Source of the DNA: Macrostomum lignano
Lineage: Eukaryota
Assembly: GCA_002269645.1 (NCBI GenBank)
Contig: NIVC01000278.1
Location: 62,001 to 126,000, forward strand
Direction of reading: 5' to 3'
DNA: 64,000 nt
Shown here: positions 1 through 13,121 of the stretch, piece after piece
How positions within the stretch are numbered: the stretch's first letter is position 1
Layout of the letters: the number at the start of each line of letters is the position of its first letter
Translations under genes and position numbers: made by a program
The notes under the pieces: generated by a model
Databases searched by the model: none
Seen by the model: the letters and a program-made list of their open reading frames with translations, nothing else
What the model was told of the DNA's origin: nothing

Positions 1-1478
1 GCCATGCTGCAAATTGCTTTTACAGACAGTCACGCAATGTCAAGCGTCTTCAGACACCCCCTGCAGCAATTTATTAATTAATAATATGATATTGTCACAG
101 ATTTGACACACGTCATATTGGCGTGTTTTAAAAACCTTATTTATAACAGTAGGCTATCTTCAGGAATTCGAGCAGATTCAAGTGCTTGATGGACCTCAAG
201 TTCGGTACCTGTATCTATAGAAGTCTCAATTAATTGACAACAGGAAACTTCGAAACTGGCAGTGTTTATTATCACTAAAGTTTTTGAGCATTCGATTTTC
301 TAAAGTTACTTTTACATCGTTGACGCAGAACGCGTCTTATTCGACGATAAATTGACAATCTCGGCTTGAACTGCACTTCATTTTACGTCGCTTTGTGCAT
401 GTATGTCGCTTTGATAATGACTTGTTTAACGGTTTTTTTGAACAAGCACTGAGTATTTGTAATCTAAACGTTGACTTTGAATGTTATGCTCAAACCATCT
501 TGCCAAGGTGCCGTTGCGAAAGCAGTCTTCTTTACTAGAGATAAATCTTCTTAACACAATCCTTCAAATAGGAGACACTGGTTCACACTTTCCTGCTGGC
601 TCTAGATTAAAATTTGTCCAAGTCACGCGACAGAGAGAGAGAGAGAGAGCGTCAGGCGATTCACTGAGAGCTATCCTGGGCGGGGGCAGTTAGCTTTTCT
701 AAGACTTTGAAGAACTTCCATTTCGTCAGTCAAAGACACCGATCGAGCCGATAGCGTGCCAAGTGGCGCTTCAAAGTCGTCGCATGCAGCTGCAACAACA
801 ACAACAATGGCATCATCAACAGCAGCCAGCAAAAACTGTTAAGAAGAAGCGGGTCAAAGGCTTGCGAATTTCTCTCTCTTTGCGCCTCTGTCTGTCTGTG
901 TCACCGTGCGTCCCAGCGGGAGGTCTCCCTACACCAAACGCTCTCAGATCCATTTGAACTCTCCCCTACTGCCTAAGCTTGTACAATCGACAGATCGAGC
1001 TGGGGCCATTGTCACAGCTGAGATAATTTCCCAATAGAAAACTTCGGCAAAGAGTTGCACGGTTGAGGGAGTCTGGACAAAGGGGATGAGGGGGGGGGCT
1101 GCGGGTTTTGATGGAGGACGAGCTCAGAGCGACTCTCTGGGCACCGAATACTCGCTCAAATGCGAGCTGCTCTCCCTCTCTCGCGCGCGCGCCTCCGGTC
1201 CAATTTCAAAAAATTCCATCCAGCGAAACCTGTGATTATCTGGTGGGCGCTTCGGGGCTCCGCGCGCTTCGGTGTCTCGTTTCAGACAGCTGGGTGCAGC
1301 TCTGCCATGGAGGGCACGAGGCCCGTCCCGCATACCAGCGCTTGGTATTGCATATACTATGAGGGCTGAGGCTCTCGCATGGAGCTGTCACTCCTTCACG
1401 CATTGGTCTGAGGCCTAGTATGGCTATGGCCTTGGTAGGACTCCGAAATCAATTCACTCGCGTCAATACAAAAAAGTT

Positions 1479-2449
<971 letters not shown>

Positions 2450-3587
2450 TATGCCAAGAGGTGTCAAAACTACTTGCATTTATCTTTTTTGTCACTGCAT
2501 CTTTTTTTCTGGACAATATTAAATCACAGCCAGACTCAAAACAACTCAAACTACATCAACTCACATAAATTTGATTTAATCTCTCAAGACTCAAATCAGT
2601 GCCAGTAATCTTGTCCCAGACGCACTCGTGAGCAGCTGAGCTCAAATCTGAGTATTCACCCGAGTCTTGACATAGAGCATATGTAATCTGACAAGTGCGC
2701 ACCGCATGGCAGCTTCATCTTTGACGGGATCTCAAATTCACATCTGCAGCCAAACCCCGACGAGTCCTGACTTTCGTCCTGTACAAGCTATTATTTTGAC
2801 ACTTTGAAGTGGCCGCGAATACACAGATTTACCTATTCTGAGAGAGATTGAGAATTGAAAGAAAAAACACGACAAGAGATGGATGGACAGATAAAACTGA
2901 GAGATGGCGCCACAGTAATGCAGCGGTCTGGGCTGAGTGATGCGAGCCAACAGCTGTCACACTGCTCACTGAGTGCTGCTATAGACCTGTTGAGCAGTCC
3001 AAGCACTTCTCAATGGCGCCAGCGCGCTTCAAACTAGAGAAAAGCGACTAACGCGAATTTAAGCATTAGCATGAGACCTGTTTTGTGTGTGTGAGTGTGT
3101 GAGTTTGAGAAGACCCTGAGAACATTCTCAAACCTACGCTTGCGCAGCTACATTGCAATAGAATTGTAACAGGTCCCAGGGCGAGGGGGGAGGCTGCAGC
3201 AGCTGTGGCCCCCTCTCGAGTGGCACCCCCGCTGCTTCGGACAAGCAATTATGACATTTATTCTGACAGTCTTTTGTGAGAAGCAGGGGCGGAGGGCAAG
3301 TCACTTAGAATTGGTGAGGGGGGGGGGTGTTTCTGCGTTCAAATTCAGCCGTGCAACTCTCTCTGTAATGGCAAATCAACAACAAACTTCATTACACAAC
3401 TTTCGTTCTCAGATGGATAGATTGTTGTGTTGGTTATAAACAAAAAATACATCCCACTCCTAGTACTTTTAGTAGTCATTGAAATCAATAATTGAGTGGA
3501 ACCGCATGCTTAAAAATGGTTAAATCAAGCGCACGTTCATGTATACAGAAAGATTGTCAGCAATTTATAATGCTTTTAGCTTTTAAC

Positions 3588-4020
3588 TCAGGGTAGTCAC
3601 TCCGGTGTAACAGCGGGTAGTCACTCAGGGTAGTCACTCAGGGTAGTCACTCAGGGTAGTCACTCAGGGTAGTCACTCAGGGTAGTCACTCAGGGTAGTC
3701 ACTCAGGGTAGTCACTCAGGGTAGTCACTCAGGGTAGTCACTCAGGGTAGTCACTCAGGGTAGTCACTCAGGGTAGTCACTCAGGGTAGTCACTCAGGGT
3801 AGTCACTCCAGTGTAACTCCGGGTCACTGGGGTAGTCACTCCAATGTAACTCAGGGTCACTGGGGTAGTCACTCCAATGTAACTCAGGGTATATAGTCAC
3901 TCAGGGTAGTCACTCCAATGTAACTCAGGGTAGTCACTCAGGGTAGTCACTCCAGTGTAACTCAGGGTCACTGGGGTAGTCACTCCAATGTAACTAACTC
4001 AGGGTCACTGGGGTAGTCAT
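3588..4020. repeat. 13-bp minisatellite (CAGGGTAGTCACT)n, degenerating 3'
   Basis: Direct tandem copies visible from 3628 to 3810, then variant units containing CCAATGTAACT. Confidence 0.95.
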
Positions 4021-5045
4021 TCCATAAGAACGTAAACATTGAATACATATTCACAATATTTAATGAGTAGAAGACCACTCATTATAACGAGACGTAAAAC
4101 TCAAAGATAGTGTTATTTTTGGAGGCCAATTTCCAGGGAAATAATCCTTTGCAGATAGGAAAAAACTTCTTTTTTATCACAAAATCAATTATTGCGTTTG
4201 ATCTGGGGCAGTGAAGATTACTATTCTTTTATGAGTTAATTTACCAGCATGCACAGTATACTACTCAACTGTATTTTATATGTATTCGCAGCGAAAGTAT
4301 CATTCGCAGTCACATTAATTTGGGGCTGAATTGGAATTTCGGCTTGGCTCTGCTCGTGCAATTAACGGCCTTGAGAGCCAACCCCCCAAGGCGCAGTGAA
4401 GTGTACATGCCTAACGATAATATAAAGTTAGGGCCGCTGTACACTCCTGTGTGAGTGTGTGCCTGCGTAACGTATCCACGCGCTTGTATGCCTGCTCAGG
4501 GGAGTCGGCGGAATGGGCAGTAATGCCTCTCGCCGGTTGTGTGCCAATGACGCTTAAATTGCGCCAGGGTGCACACAACCCCCCTGCCTTTAAAAAAAAT
4601 CATACATAATACGAGCTATATCAGAGACAGGGGTGTCGGACCCGGGGGGCATGGGGGCTGGAGCCCCCCTCACTTTTTAGTATGATCCTGCAAGTGCCCT
4701 TTTGAACTTTAAACAAGTGTCGGCCGCGGTTCTGGGCTTTGGCTTTTCGGTTTCTTGGAAGCTAAGGGTACAAGCTGATATAATACCTCGTAGTTCATGT
4801 TTTTCTCAATCACATTCCACTATAGTTTTATCTAATGTGCCTAAGCCTAGTGCTTTTAGTGCACGGGTCTGAAAACTTTTTACCGAAAGGGCAAGATTGA
4901 GAACCCAGCGCAATGACTCTTTCGTGCAGGAGTCCTGTCGACTGCGGGGCAGAGGAGGGAGATAGCATGAGGAATAGAGAAGAAAAATACGAGCTTGGGA
5001 GAAAACAGAGCCGAAGGAAGCAAGGAGAAGAGAGTAGACGCGCAT

Positions 5046-5235
5046 CATAAGCGCGCATCGGCACAAGCGCGCCTGTGTATTTTATGTCAAAGTCTGGCAC
5101 AGGCGCGCAGAGGCATAAGCGCGCACGTTTTGACTTGCACAAGAGCGCGGTAGAAAGTGCTCAGCATTGGCATAAGCGCGCACTTCTGGCTTTGTGTTGC
5201 AAAAGCGCGCAGTCAAAGTTTGGCAAGAGCGCGCA
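5046..5235. repeat. Array of about 8 irregularly spaced (T)GGCAnAAGCGCGCA motifs downstream of the recombinase ORF
   Basis: Copies near 5046, 5060, 5095, 5112, 5136, 5169, 5198 and 5221, separated by unrelated spacers. Confidence 0.75.
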
Positions 5236-5429
5236 TTCTTATTTGATTCTGCGTGCAGGATTGCTGATCTGGCACGCCCAAGCGTGCAGAATTGATGTTG
5301 TCTATGGCAAATTATCCTTTAGGTCTAATGCATCTTACGTGCAGGATTGCACTTTATTTTTAGACAACAAGAAAATAACGAGTGAAAATTGGTTAATATC
5401 ATTACTAGTTTTTCGCTTGCGATCAGATG

Positions 5430-6410
5430 CTACTCAAATACAAATTCAATGACGTTGGTGTCACCATTGGCTCGAATCTTCAAATTCTTCCGATTTTCCG
5501 GAATAACTCGCACACAGCGCACCGAGCCCGACGTAGGATCGTTGATAACGTCAACTGGGTCACTTGCCTCAGTGCCTACAACTTGAGGGTCGGCCGTAGT
5601 AGCCACCTCCACGGCAGCCGTTAGTTGATGGCTCATAGCACAGATCGCTTGCTCTCGTTTATTCCCTCGTCGAATGTAGCGCTCGACGGATGCACCTCGC
5701 TTGTGGCCAGTCACTTTAGCGATAGTTTCGACATTAAATCCAGCGTCGTGAAGTTCTGTGATTACAGTTGCACGCACACAATGCGCAGTGTATGGCTTGG
5801 ACAATCCGGCGGACGTAGAAATTTTCTTCATCAGAGGCCCAAGGGTGTTGACTCCTACTGCACTCTTGCTGTACCACTTACCAGATGAACGAAAGTTAGC
5901 GTTTGGTCGCAGAAAGAAGTCCACTCCGTTCCATCCTTCAACTTCGGTGACCTTTTGCTTGTACAGTCTGAACGCCTCAACTGGGCATTTGGCAGAATCT
6001 CCCTTTGACACCATCAACGCTTGCTTGTTGTCAACCAAGACGGCGACGCTGATAGAACCATGTAGATTCTTTGAATCTCCCTGAACAAGCTCAATCGCGT
6101 AGAGTCCATTGGCGAGCCGCTTCTCACAAAACCGATCAAACCTCAAACCACGCAACCATTCACGGCCTCTATTCCCATAGTAATAAATGATGTTAAAGTA
6201 TACTTCCTCTTGAAGACGCACCGGATTCGACCGATCGAAGTATTTACCGAGCTTCTTCAGGTCGTCACTCTCAATAGCATCGTAGTGCTTCACTCTTCCT
6301 CCAGATCGAAGGAAAGCGTTGCAAATGCTCTTCATGGTAAGATTGGCGGCATGAAAGGCTTTATCATTTATTATGTCAATCGCTCGCAACTTCATAATAT
6401 GGCGAAACAA
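5430..6410 (-). mobile_element. Crypton-type tyrosine recombinase (DUF3504/KCTD1-ZMYM-like YR) ORF, N-terminus probably truncated or frameshifted
   Basis: 326-aa ORF carrying the YR catalytic set: R (NRGRE), K (SKN), HxxR (HCVR), H (TGH), Y (ERY). The upstream context IDIINDKAF..AN matches Crypton recombinases. The ORF-track start is TTG, with a stop 6 codons upstream. Confidence 0.85.
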
Positions 6411-7159
6411 ACCATTGCTTTGTTTTTATAGTGGCAACTAGCTTTCAATTGTAATCTCCTTTCGTTACCCCCTCCCCTCACCATCTCCAGCGTGCAAGAT
6501 TGATTTTGTCTATGGTTAAAATGTGGGGGCTTCGCCCCCACGCCCCCAGCGGGGGCTCTGCCCCCGCACCCCCGCTAGCAGCGGGTAATGTCTATAGTAA
6601 TATCAATTATAACCTTTTTTGGGCAGAATGTAAAATGAAAGAATCAAATAAGAATGAGATTCATGCACGCCAACTCGTGCGTCTATGGCAAAGAGCACTC
6701 GTGCGCTTCGCGCACTCGTGCTTTTGCCAATGACGCACTCGTTAGCGTTCAAGAATCCTAACAATGCAATAAACAAAAGCAGTCAAGTTGCTCTGTCGTC
6801 TGTCACAAAGTAGTCGATTGTATTTGTACGAAGGAAATCGAATTAAAGTCCTTTCGACCAGTACTCAACAAAATGAGCATGTAGAGATCTCCAGAAAGCA
6901 TACAAATTAAACTACTATAAGTAGTAACATAAAAATGCGAAAAACTTGAATGCTATAAAATTGCAAAATTGTCATACTCTATTTTAAGACCATGAATACA
7001 AAGTATGATGAAGCATGAGACAATTTACATTATTGAAATATGATGAAATAAGATGAAATATGAATCGCGCTACGAAGAATATACCAAAAATTTGACTATA
7101 AATATAAACGCAAAATCCGAGCTGAAACCTCAGACTCGGAGCAGCCTCTCAAAAGATCT

Positions 7160-8355
7160 TGTGGTTAGTCAGAGCAACTAATCGAGGCTATATCTCTGGG
7201 AGATAAGATTATCAACTGAGAAGCGTTATTCAAGTCTTCGTTATTTTGATTAATTGAGAGCGATTTTATTGCCGGCCATTGTTGTAGGATCTGTGGACCG
7301 ATTCCGATACCCTTAGAGGATTACTGACTGTTGATTTGAATTATCCTAGATTAACCGATAGGAGCACACGACTCCGATTCCGTTAGTTCTAGAAGAAGAC
7401 GCCCCATTTGGAGGACCTCGCGTTAGAAGTTGATTTTATTAGGGCGCACTGTTGATATTGATTTGGCACTCGAGGAACGTACTGAATCCCGCACTCAAGG
7501 AAATATTTCGACGTCGACTTCACTGTTCTGCTCTCACTCTCGGCCGATTTTGGACTTCGAAGACTTCAAGAAGATTCCTCCGGAGAATAAGATTGAAGAA
7601 GCGAGCTCTACTTACGTGCGCACAAAGAAGATTTGAAGAAACGAGCTCGGAGAACCTGCCGACACAGAAGAGGAGCCCGCCACAGTGAGTGAACACTTTA
7701 TTTTGCTCCCAGGCTTAACTGTCTGGAAGTGGGAGTTTTCGGGAGACCGATCACGTCCTGAATCAACTTTTCAAGCAAAAGTGTGCGCCTAATCCAGCTA
7801 CTGGGATGGGGGACAGATAAGGATTCACTCAATCAAGTAAGCTTAGGTAGCCTCTCACCCAACCAATCAGAAACTCAACAGTCGGAGACCAGGTAATCCA
7901 CAGTGACGGAATCGGCTTAGTGCTTCGCAGCTGTAGGCCCGGGATGATGCTATCTTGATCTTCGCTGATAGCAATCAGGTGGTGATCTTGACCCTGATTA
8001 TCGCTGCTGACGACCGGGGGGATTCGTCCTTGATGATGGTGGGGGGGGGGAGTCGTGATCCGGGATCAAGAGACGTCGACGGTCGGGCTCAAGCAGTTGG
8101 GGTCCAAGACCGAAGTTGCAACAGTTTCCACCGCCTTCCAGCCGGGTTTGACTCGAGCGGGTCTAAAACGCCGATTTATATAGCCGCCAACTGGACCGCA
8201 ATTTGTTATATCGGAACACCTCGACGCTGATTGGCTGAGCGTTATAACTGACGTCAAATTAGTGATTGGCTGAGTTTGTTGCCACTCAAACTCACGTGAC
8301 CAGAAGATCCTATCAGTTCCCTCGGGGCCATAAAAAAATACGCCAGGTGCTGTCA
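7160..8355 (-). mobile_element. Possible LTR-like segment with a strong Pol II promoter
   Basis: The minus strand begins TGACAG (8355) and may end AACCACA (about 7160). It contains a clustered promoter but no convincing PBS or TSD was found. Confidence 0.3.
8175..8300 (-). promoter_or_regulatory. Promoter-like cluster: E-box, CCAAT, CRE, CCAAT, TATA (minus strand order)
   Basis: TCACGTGAC 8292-8300; TGATTGGCTGAG twice (8263-8274 and 8228-8239); TGACGTCA 8249-8256; TATATAAA (minus) 8182-8175. Order and spacing suit minus-strand transcription. Confidence 0.55.
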
Positions 8356-8959
8356 TAAATCACTCAAAATCGCTACATAATGATTTATGATCTTTCGCGT
8401 AGGAATTACAAAAATCAGTGAAAAAATATACATTAGAAAGATCTTATTGAGTAGAAAGTGAAGATGGTGAAGAGAAATCGCTAATTGCTAATCCTAAAGT
8501 ACTTTTAGGGGTAAAACGCATCTGTCAGAACTGTCAAACGCTTGAGTGAACACGAACAATAGGCCCTGACCTCATAAATCTGCTGGTCTGTCAAAAATGA
8601 TGAGAAAAAAGCTACCGCCCGCATCCTCTCGGACCATCTGGCGCCAGCCTCAACACTGAGTGAGGCGCAGGTGGCTGTCAGACCAGCTCAAAAGCAATGA
8701 TTTATGACGTGCCTATGTTATTATGACTACAATTAAGTATGGCAAAATCATATAGCTAAAAAGGTCCTACTAGTATGAATTCTAAGAAAACTACACAAAA
8801 AGGAGAAAAATGCCCATAGCCTGCTGTTAGTAGGCTAACAAGTTCGGAACCCATGTGCCAGCGTGGAATTTGGAAAAAAGTGCGTCCTCGTCACAGGTAT
8901 TCTCGTGAAAAACGAAAAAAAGCAGAAAAGAAAATAGGCAGCTAAACACAGATCAGATA

Positions 8960-9990
8960 GCCTATGCTCAACAAGAAATTGAAGAATTGAAGTACATGAA
9001 CTTAAGTACTTAGGAATTATCTTTGAACCAGAAAATAGTTTTTAAAAATGTATTGCTTATGAAACCAAACAAGGCTGCTCAGCTATGTTCTCACTACTAC
9101 ACTAAGTCAAAAACACATTTTAGAAATTATTCTCATCAAACGGCTTTTTAACTCCCTTGTTACACCTGTTGTATCTAATGGCTGTGAAATCTGAGACCTC
9201 TGGCTACCCTTTCGGAGCTAAAATAAGATATGGACTCAATCCAAACGAATTTCTACAAACACCTACTCAACCTACCAAAACATGTTAGTAACAGTGTTGT
9301 GATTCTCGCAGAACTCAAATATCCCACCTATCTCATACCATATTTCCTAAATTTACCTAATATACTGGCTCAAGTTGAGGCACAAAAAAATTCAAACAAT
9401 ACTACTATATTGAAATTTCTGAGTCAAGCAGCAGCCGAATGACCCTTAAAAACTGTCATAAAAAATTGCAAAGTATAAACCTAGAATGCTTGACCTCAAT
9501 GAACCCTATAGCCAAAATTTTAGTGAAGATAAATCAACCCTAAAAAGAGAGCTGGAACTAAATTGGGAGAAAGAACTAGGGGTGAAATTATTGAAGGATC
9601 AAAGTCGTTCAAAATATTTCAAGCATGCCCTTAAACACAAAAGGACTCGCAGACCCGAGTTGCAAACTTACTTCCCTAGTGTCCTTTAGAAACAAAAAGT
9701 TCCTAACAACCACGTTAAAGTGTGAATTCTTACCTAGAAAATTCGTACAGGAAACGTGTAGGTTGTGTGGAAAAGAAGATGGAAATAACATACTCAGGGA
9801 CTACTCAAACAGGTGTTTGAGTAGTCCCTGAACATACTACACTACGTTGCTGCGTGTTCCAATTCGATTGAGATTAGAAAGAATACTTCTCGGTCTAGAA
9901 AGCCTAAAACCAGAACACATTTACAAAATTGGCTATGACAACATGCAACGAAAACAAAATCGAAAAAGACCTTACTGCAATCCAAAAAAA
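8960..9990 (+). mobile_element. Decayed non-LTR retrotransposon (CR1/L2-group-like LINE) ORF2 3' fragment
   Basis: Fragments across frames: KYLGIIF (RT thumb), LFNSLVTPVVSNGCEI*, MDSIQTNFYKHLLNLPKHVSNSVVILAELKYP, and C-terminal CRLCGKED. Many stops and frameshifts. Confidence 0.75.
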
Positions 9991-11938
9991 GATTTATAGT
10001 TTTCCTATCTGAAATAGACTGACTTGAAGATCTTTTTGTGGCTTTCACCATAAAGTTTTATCACTGCTTCGTCCGAAGGACCTGTTTTAAATATCCGAAA
10101 CTATGATAAGGGAGAATCTTTGTTACACACCGTTTCGTTTCTCTACCCTTCTCAATTGTTGTTGATATCATGCTTGCTCTCCTTTCCTGGGTGCTATCTG
10201 TTTGCATTTCTTCGTTCTTTGTGATGCTTTGTCTTTCTTCCCCGCTTTTCTGTGCGTCAAGTTTTATAGTCTCTGATGCAAAAAATTTATAATTAATGAC
10301 TTATTTTCTATTTTTCCTTGCAACAATATTTCACAAATAATACAATAACCATATAGTGCTTACATGTATTTTCTACTCGACTCTTTAGAACCGCGTTTGT
10401 CTTTTCTTTCGGTGTTAAAATCTCGTTCTATCAATTCTGCACCTACACCGCAATTCACAAATGTTAAATTAAACTTTTTTACACCAATCATTTCAACTTC
10501 AATTCGATTTTAAGTTTCTTTGTTCGACCTAATAGTGTTTAGTTTTCAGCCGTTAATAAGCATTTTTTAACATATAGAAAAAAGTGCTGTCGCGTGCTTT
10601 CAAATTAAGTATTTACAAAACTTAACTGTCAATCGTTTATAAAATAAATTTACTAGAACACGTACTATTAAAACTTCTCTATGCATTTTTACGCAATACG
10701 CATACCCTTGCGCGCATACTTTTGATACACAAATATTCAAACAATTTATTTAACAGTTAAAACAAATTCTTAAAATGCAATTGTAATACGGTAACGGTAA
10801 TATATGCTTTCCGTGCTATTTCGAATTCTTTATAAAAAATCGCTTTTTTTCAAGTCCCGTCTTGATATCTTCTATTAACCTCGTTATTTATCGATATTCT
10901 CATTCGAGATCATTTTAAAAACTAGTCCTCATCATTTTCACAATTTAAATCTTAGGACGAAAACCAATCTCAAATATATAGTTCTTACTAGTTAAACAGG
11001 CTGTTTGCCTGAGCTAAATTACTACTACTACTACTACTTTGCTTCATCGTGCTGTTTAATAAAAATCTTCTGTGGTACAGAAACTGCATCAGAATGCTAA
11101 AAGCGCTTTAGACAATTTATGAATTTAGCACAAAGAGAAGTTCTGCTTGAAATAACTTATACAATGCGCGCCGAGCAATAAGTAGCTTTAGAATGTACTA
11201 TAAATCCCGTTATTTTTGCCTTTCTAGTAAAATACTATCCATATTGTTTCATAGACATCATCATACACAATGCATTGTATTTTTTATTTTATCATATCTA
11301 CAATCTACTATGTCTATAGTTTGCACAGTGTAAAAATCTAAATAAAAGCTAAATTATATAAAATTCGATCCACCTAATACCAACCTTATTAATTAAAGTT
11401 CCATGGTTTCGTTATAAAAAATTGATTACTTTCATCATGATTGCTTATAATGCGAAGTATGAAACAGTGTGCTTTGAAAATTTGGCAGCCCATTTTACAA
11501 CTTCTTGAATTAAATCAAGTTAATTTCTTTGAATGAAAAGGCACTCTACTTTGCTAGAATTAAGCTTGAAAATTTTAAAGTTAGGACTACAATTGTGTCC
11601 TGAATTTATAAATTATTCTGCATTTCTTGTTTGACATTAAATGAATTAATTATTATGCTGATTCCACAATGCCAATTTCTGTTATACAAATCGAAAAAAT
11701 TAAGATCAAAGTAGTAAATATTGTGCAGGCATGGTATGCTGTAAATCCCTACTGGTATCATTTAAGGCTATGATTTTTAAATGGTCAGTGTATATATATA
11801 TATACTTTTGCATATTTTATTGAAATAAATAATTTTGAATTACAGTTTTTTAGAAAAAAATGTGCACACTGTGTAATGTATTGCAGAGGCCAAAAAAACT
11901 TGCCAATCATTTCAGAAAGTCAATTTCTTAATGGATTC

Positions 11939-12623
11939 GGGGATGTGAACTTAAGCTCCAGAATGGAGCTTGATTGAGGCCAGCTGACTAAACCGACTGG
12001 AATCGATAACTTCTTGTCGGCCCAGATGACTACAAATGCTGACGCATCCCACGAGTCTATTCTACTGGGTCCTGGGGAAGAAATGGGATAAATTGGGATT
12101 TCATGTGAACTTAAGCTCCAGAATGCATTAGCTAGGATTAGCAGAGGGAGGGTGGAGTAAGGCGGGCTTGGATTTTTACGAAAATTCGATTGGTCCTCCA
12201 GAACAATTTTTGTGGGTCGCCTCCTAAGGTGGGGGGGGGGGGCGACCGCTTCCCCACCCGCCAGCTGAGTGGCGCTGATGGCACCTTATGGTCTTGGGCA
12301 ATTAGACCGTAAAAAAGTCGCAGCTTAAACCAAAAACTGAAATGTGAGGGCCATTGACTGGCTTCTTGGTTTCCAAAATAATCACTAACCTTAACATGGC
12401 TTGAGGGCTGCATAACACTGCGCGTCCTCGAGATAAGCTCTAGAGCTTTAAGTTCACATGAAATCCCCATTTATCCCATTTTTCCCAAGGACCCTGTAGC
12501 ATAGACTCGGGTGGAATGTGTCAGCGCGTTTGTAGTCATCTGGGCCGACAAGTTATCGATTGCATTCGGTTTGGTCAGCTGGCCTCATTCGAGCTCCATT
12601 CTGAAGCTTAAGTTCACATCCCC
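11939..12623. mobile_element. Foldback/MITE with about 190-bp inverted terminal repeats
   Basis: 11939-12125 (GGGGATGTGAACTTAAGCT...) is the reverse complement of about 12435-12623. GTGAACTTAAGCT occurs twice per arm. No clear TSD. Confidence 0.85.
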
Positions 12624-13121
12624 TTTCAGTTTATTAAACAGCATCAAAACAGTTTTGAAGTTTCCATGCATGCAGCACATGAACTTTTGGCTGCAAGCTA
12701 ATGAGCAAAAATGGGATAACTGGGGAATTTAATATGCCAGAATATGTAATAGACTGGATATAAATATACTGGTGAATACCAATGCTGTGCAGCAATGCCA
12801 TGATTCCCTCATTTGCTTAGAAGAGGCGGCACCGAGTCAAAGGCATCAATGGGTTGCAGAGCAGAGCCACCTCCCTCCCCCCATGTTTACCTGCACGATT
12901 TTGGCAGCCGATTGCTTTGATGCTTGCCGCATTTTTATTTCAGAGATTTATTTGGCAGGTCATTCACCTCTTATAATTTTTGCTGCTGTCGTTCTGCTGT
13001 TTGTGCTGCCGCTGCCAGAACTGCAGAATTCGATAACGCCCGCGACCTCCTTCCACTCGTAACGACGATAAACGCGAGAGACTCCCCGCTTGTCCTGGGC
13101 AGACCACTATCTGAGCCAGTC

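Noticed and set aside
763-1369. Short ORFs with polyQ and GC-rich segments
   Set aside because: No recognisable domain, and no consistent exon chain could be built.
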